A DNA stretch of 29,219 nt, taken from positions 1 through 29,219 of the forward strand of contig JBOGOW010000001.1 of NCBI GenBank assembly GCA_050748285.1, in the 5' to 3' direction. This stretch comes from Pyrinomonadaceae bacterium. GTDB taxonomy: Bacteria; Acidobacteriota; Blastocatellia; Pyrinomonadales; Pyrinomonadaceae. A program made the translations under genes and the position numbers. Under the pieces are notes generated by a model. That model saw only the letters and a program-made list of their open reading frames with translations. It did not search any database and was not told the origin of the DNA. Below are positions 25,901 through 29,219 of the stretch, piece by piece (position 1 is the first letter of the stretch; the number at the start of each line of letters is the position of its first letter).

Positions 25901-28900
25901 GTAAAAAATGTCCCGATGACCGAGGCCGAATTTCGAGGGCAGTTAAAAGCGGCCGGCATAAACGATGAAATGCTCCGCGACGGCAGCGGCCGACCTCTGT
26001 ACCTAAATGCCGAGCAAACATCGCGTTATTGGGATCGGGTAACGATAGAGACCGTTCAGGTTTATGGCGAGACAAAGCGCGTGGAAAAACGGGTCGTAAC
26101 GCCCGTAACTCAGCAGATAATGCGATTTACGATTCGCGGCACGGGCAAGGACGGAAAATCGGGTACCTACGACGACGTTACGTTTATGCAGGTCGTCCAC
26201 GTGCTTTCTGAGCAGGCGAAAGACGACCCGAAACCGGTTCCGGTGATTCAGCAGATAAATTATTCGGCAAACACAGGTTCAATAGCAGGCGTCGTGACCG
26301 ATGCGAACGGTGCAATAGTTGCGGGCGCGACTGTCACGGCAACAAACGATGCAACTTCGATTAGCCGAACTACAAGTACGAACGATTCGGGAAGCTACTT
26401 GATTACAAATCTGGCCGAAGGAACTCATAGGATCAAGGTTGCTGCGAATGGGTTCAAAGACACGGTCATGACCGGTATTCCGGTAAAAGCCAATGCGACA
26501 GCTCAGGCGAATATTGTTCTTGAGGCAGGAACCGTTAGCGAAACTGTCGATGTTAGTGCGGGCGCAGAAGCGACCAGCACAACCAACGCGACAATTGGTT
26601 CGACTGTAACGAGTTCTCAGATCGCAATATTGCCATTGAATACCGAAAGTGCCTTGAAGCTCGCACGATTTCAGCCCTGCACGACGGCTACCGACCAGGA
26701 AAAGTCCACGCCGCGTCTGCGCGAGTATTTCCCCGAAACGCTTCTTTGGCGTCCGGAGGTTGTCACGGATTCGAACGGCAACGCCGAGGTGAAATTCCGA
26801 ATGGCGGATAATATCACCACTTGGAAGATGTACACCATCGCATCCACCAAAAACGGCAAGGTCGGCTTTGCCGAAAAGGAAGTAACGGCGTTTCAATCAT
26901 TCTTTGTCGATCTCGACCCGCCGAAGTTCCTAACCAACGGCGACGAGATATTTCTTCCGACGCAAGTGCGAAATTACACTGACAAAATGCAAAAAGTGGG
27001 AGTTTCGATGGCAAAGACCGATTGGTTCAGCTTCCTCGGCTGCGATGGAGCGCGAGCCGGAGCGCGGACACTCTTGTCCGCAAGTGTCGCCTGCGACGCT
27101 GACAGCCAAAAACAGAAAATCGACGTTGCCGCCGGCGATACGCAAAACGCCGTCTTTGGATTTAAGGCCGTTACTCCGATCAAAGACGGCAAACAGCGCG
27201 TTACCGCGATTGCTGAAACAGATTCGGATGCAATTGAACGTCCTGTAACCGTTAGGCCCGATGGCCGCGAGATCGTCGCGACCGAATCGCGGTACTTTAC
27301 CGGCAGCGACCGAATAGATGTAAATTTCCCCGCGAACGCTCTTTCAAAAACACAGACGGCTGAGTTGAAAATCTATCCAAACCTGATGGCTCATGTGGCC
27401 GAATCGGTCGAAGGTTTATTGCAGCGGCCATACGGCTGTGGCGAACAGACGATCTCATCGACATATCCAAATCTGATGATCCTAAAATTTACGGGTTCAG
27501 GCGACCGTCGCCGAATCGCCGAGAAAATCGAGCAGCAGGCGCGAAAGAATCTGCAAAGCGGTTATGAACGCTTGCTCGGTTATCAGGTTTCGGACGGCGG
27601 GTTTTCCTATTGGGGAGCAAAAGACGAATCCGATCTTGCTGTAACGGCGTATGCGCTAAGATTCCTCGCCGATGCATCGGCATTCATCGCGGTCGATCAA
27701 GATGCGGTAAATAAGGCCGAAGATTGGCTGGTAAAACAACAGCGTACCGACGGAAGCTGGAACAAAAAATACCGCTGGGAACAAAAAGAAGACGACACGC
27801 GAGCAAAACGGACAACAACCTACATCGCCCGAACGCTGGCGATGCTGAGATCGCAAAATGCAGAAGCCCGCGCTTCAGCAAGGGCGATTTCAGGCGCGAC
27901 CTTAGAAAAAGCCCTCAAATATCTCAAATTCCGCAACGCCGAGATAGACGATCCGTATTCGCTGGCGCTTTTCGGCCTTGCGGCTTTCGACGCCGGCGAC
28001 CGCGAGCTTGCCGAGCACATCGGGCAAAGTTTAGTGGCAATGGGTAAAGACGAATCCGGCGGGGTTTATTGGAATCTCGAATCGAACACTGCATTTAACG
28101 GCTGGGGTTTTACCGGCCGCATCGAAACCACCGCGCTCGTAACGCAGCTTTTGATGAAGTTGAATGAAGAACGCAATAAGCCGATTATAGGAAAAGCGAT
28201 GATGTTTTTGCTCAAGAACAAAGACCGTTACGGTGTATGGTATTCGACGCAGACGACCATCAATGTTCTGGACACATTCGTCGCATCGCTCGCCGCCGAC
28301 AGCAGCACTTATTCGCAGAGCGTCGAGATTTTTCTCAACGGAGCGCCTATCAAAACCGTCGAGATCGGCTCTGACAAACTCGACCAGATAGTCGTCGATC
28401 TAAACGGCAAACTCGCTTCGACGCAGAACAATATCGAGCTTCGCTCTTCGAATAAAGCACCGCTGATGGCGCAAGTGGTATCGAATCACTACATCGGCTG
28501 GCAAGACGCCGATTCGGCAGGGCGAGCTGTAAATCAATCGCGGGCCTTGCAGTTCGAATACAAATGCGACCGCACGGAAGCAAATATTTTGCAGGACGTA
28601 AGTTGCTCGGTTTCTGCCGAACGTATCGGCTTTCGCGGTTACGGAATGCTTTTGGCGGAGATCGGGACGCCGCCGGGCGCCGACGTTAGCCGCGAATCGC
28701 TTGAAGCTGCATTGGAAAACGACTGGAGCATTTCGAAATACGAGGTACTCCCCGACCGCATCCGCCTATACATGTGGTCGAAAGCCGGCGGAACAAAACT
28801 CAACTTCAAATTCCGACCGCGCTACGGCATAAATGCCCAAACTCCAGCATCGGTCGTTTACGATTACTACAACCCCGAGGCCCAGGCAGTTTCACCGCCG

Positions 28901-28921
28901 CTGCAATTTGTTGTTCGCTGA
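22934..28921 (+). CDS. Bacterial alpha-2-macroglobulin-like thioester protein with extra inserted domains
   Basis: MG domains (TDKPIYQP, TDRAIYKPG), REYFPETLLW.P, ADNITTW, thioester PYGCGEQT, Q..DGGFSYW, WYSTQ.T, C-terminal VYDYYNP. Start GTG 22934 or ATG 22943. Confidence 0.93.
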   Translation: MIAMCGKLCPLFVIVLVCSISAAAQVVVESESTFSIRENYAVVNLAVKNGSDISRVSQSVELIDIDGVRKAGTTSGKLLEINGKKMLEFRLPIAELGNSISEDLAWYRLRYRVGDSTGIISMSQMLHDLFELRIIAADNILSGMTYRVRVRALSPFTEKPAANVKIETAIELELQGEDKQVLNFVGSGETDVDGFAVVDFRIPPETKLDGDGEVQVVGRKNGIIREAKEDINALKQDLQFLMMTDKPIYQPEQTLNIRGILFKGGESKTVLNNSEIEFRIEDEDDTLLYREKVLSSVFGVAAVAWRIPANAKLGDYRIEVRGENGEQIGGNRVKVSRYDLPNFVVNTKSSKPYYLPEDREAEIEIHGDYLFGKPVTRGRVRVVEETSREWNYKEQKYETDEGEVREGETNADGKFIARFELKEKHEDLKEDDWRKHRDIRYAAYFTDLTTNKTEQRRFDIRVSREPIHVYLIRTEYDNNPQLPVIGYVSTFYADGTPAECEVDLKASEENEGKFKTYARLKTNAHGAAKFSISRPKIGDPDDDLDFVVVAKDKAGRRGTSRTETMNFDEDEQVIQIATDRAIYKPGERINVSLRSTVKSGTVYLDVVNGWTVIDSYFLKLANGGAELKIPYSDAFKGELKIAAFVEDREDDDELIRASRGVIFPTRQGINVDASFDKAVYKPNEEATVKYRVLDAVGGAIESALGVVIIDKAVEERARTNAEFGGMFQGLGSWLGYGSSFGGINVKDLNELDLSKPISPEMQLVAEVILHDSYYYPNLFHSDRYYDQAKSVFGAGIAKQLQPLANALASAYKERGYLHATDDESLRKILSLYSVNLNEFRDPWGVPYKSNFSINKTQDIVSIISAGPDKQFETRDDFTAYSAPFEYFTPMGKAIDTAVKNYHERTDRFIWDENALFDAVGIRELKDRFGRPYRITFEADGPFLQLRIRSGGRDRKFEQYEWSGDDFQVWSNRQDYFSPVERKIKDAQNAVKNVPMTEAEFRGQLKAAGINDEMLRDGSGRPLYLNAEQTSRYWDRVTIETVQVYGETKRVEKRVVTPVTQQIMRFTIRGTGKDGKSGTYDDVTFMQVVHVLSEQAKDDPKPVPVIQQINYSANTGSIAGVVTDANGAIVAGATVTATNDATSISRTTSTNDSGSYLITNLAEGTHRIKVAANGFKDTVMTGIPVKANATAQANIVLEAGTVSETVDVSAGAEATSTTNATIGSTVTSSQIAILPLNTESALKLARFQPCTTATDQEKSTPRLREYFPETLLWRPEVVTDSNGNAEVKFRMADNITTWKMYTIASTKNGKVGFAEKEVTAFQSFFVDLDPPKFLTNGDEIFLPTQVRNYTDKMQKVGVSMAKTDWFSFLGCDGARAGARTLLSASVACDADSQKQKIDVAAGDTQNAVFGFKAVTPIKDGKQRVTAIAETDSDAIERPVTVRPDGREIVATESRYFTGSDRIDVNFPANALSKTQTAELKIYPNLMAHVAESVEGLLQRPYGCGEQTISSTYPNLMILKFTGSGDRRRIAEKIEQQARKNLQSGYERLLGYQVSDGGFSYWGAKDESDLAVTAYALRFLADASAFIAVDQDAVNKAEDWLVKQQRTDGSWNKKYRWEQKEDDTRAKRTTTYIARTLAMLRSQNAEARASARAISGATLEKALKYLKFRNAEIDDPYSLALFGLAAFDAGDRELAEHIGQSLVAMGKDESGGVYWNLESNTAFNGWGFTGRIETTALVTQLLMKLNEERNKPIIGKAMMFLLKNKDRYGVWYSTQTTINVLDTFVASLAADSSTYSQSVEIFLNGAPIKTVEIGSDKLDQIVVDLNGKLASTQNNIELRSSNKAPLMAQVVSNHYIGWQDADSAGRAVNQSRALQFEYKCDRTEANILQDVSCSVSAERIGFRGYGMLLAEIGTPPGADVSRESLEAALENDWSISKYEVLPDRIRLYMWSKAGGTKLNFKFRPRYGINAQTPASVVYDYYNPEAQAVSPPLQFVVR
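27059..27100 (+). repeat. REP family A single copy plus small hairpin, in frame in A2M
   Basis: ggagcgcggacactcttgtccgc (27059-27081) + agtgtcgcctgcgacgct; encodes GARTLLSASVACDA. Confidence 0.85.
27859..27886 (+). repeat. Degenerate REP family B copy, in frame in A2M
   Basis: tgcagaagcccgcgcttcagcaagggcg versus gtcagtagcccgcacgt(a/g)agtaagggc; encodes AEARASARA. Confidence 0.6.
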
Positions 28922-29219
28922 TCGGATGCCGCACGCGATGCTTGTTTTCGCACAATGTTCCGACTGCAAATGCCGATGGCCTAACCATTGCGAACACAAG
29001 GCTTGACACCGTAAAAATTCGCCGGCACAAAAGGTTTTAGGGTGGGAATATTTGAGGTTGAAACTCCTGCCGTTTTACATGCGTAAACCGCTAAGTATAT
29101 TCCAATCCAGAAATGATACTGAAAGGAGGATCAGGGGATGGAGTTGCTGGGCAGGTTGAATTTGTGTTCATAGATGTTGTTAAAAAGTTTAATTTTCGCA
29201 TTGTTCAAGAGTTTGGCAG

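Noticed and set aside
29121..29219. RBS-like AAAGGAGG with ATG at 29138, and a possible gene start at 29174
   Set aside because: The 29138 frame stops after 11 codons and the 29174 frame runs off the window after ~15 codons; too little sequence to call.

Overview
Probably an Acidobacteria (Blastocatellia/Pyrinomonadaceae-like) chromosomal segment; this is inferred from the two 'VWFA-related Acidobacterial' genes and general gene style, not from a database search. The left ~6.5 kb is a compact phage-derived module of two divergent operons. The minus-strand operon encodes a small wHTH regulator, scaffold, P22-coat-like major capsid, head-tail adaptor-like protein and large terminase. The plus-strand operon encodes a GH46/lysozyme-fold endolysin with C-terminal TM helices, a holin, and an overlapping spanin-like pair. 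The module has no integrase, replication or tail genes in the window, abuts host genes directly, and is full of host-type short palindromic repeats, so it looks like a domesticated, gene-transfer-agent-like system. The rest is host genes: PD40-amidohydrolase, VWA, PAS-GAF-PAS-GGDEF-EAL, trmFO, a coupled mini-ParB/Srx + Cys-phosphatase pair, TauE, VWA, a VapBC-like TA pair, xerC, an S9 dipeptidyl peptidase and a 1995-aa alpha-2-macroglobulin with unusual inserted domains. At least five short repeat families occur. Three of them, notably a GGAG-hairpin REP with compensatory stem changes, sit in frame inside protein-coding genes (terminase, TrmFO, endolysin, A2M), reminiscent of Rickettsia palindromic elements.
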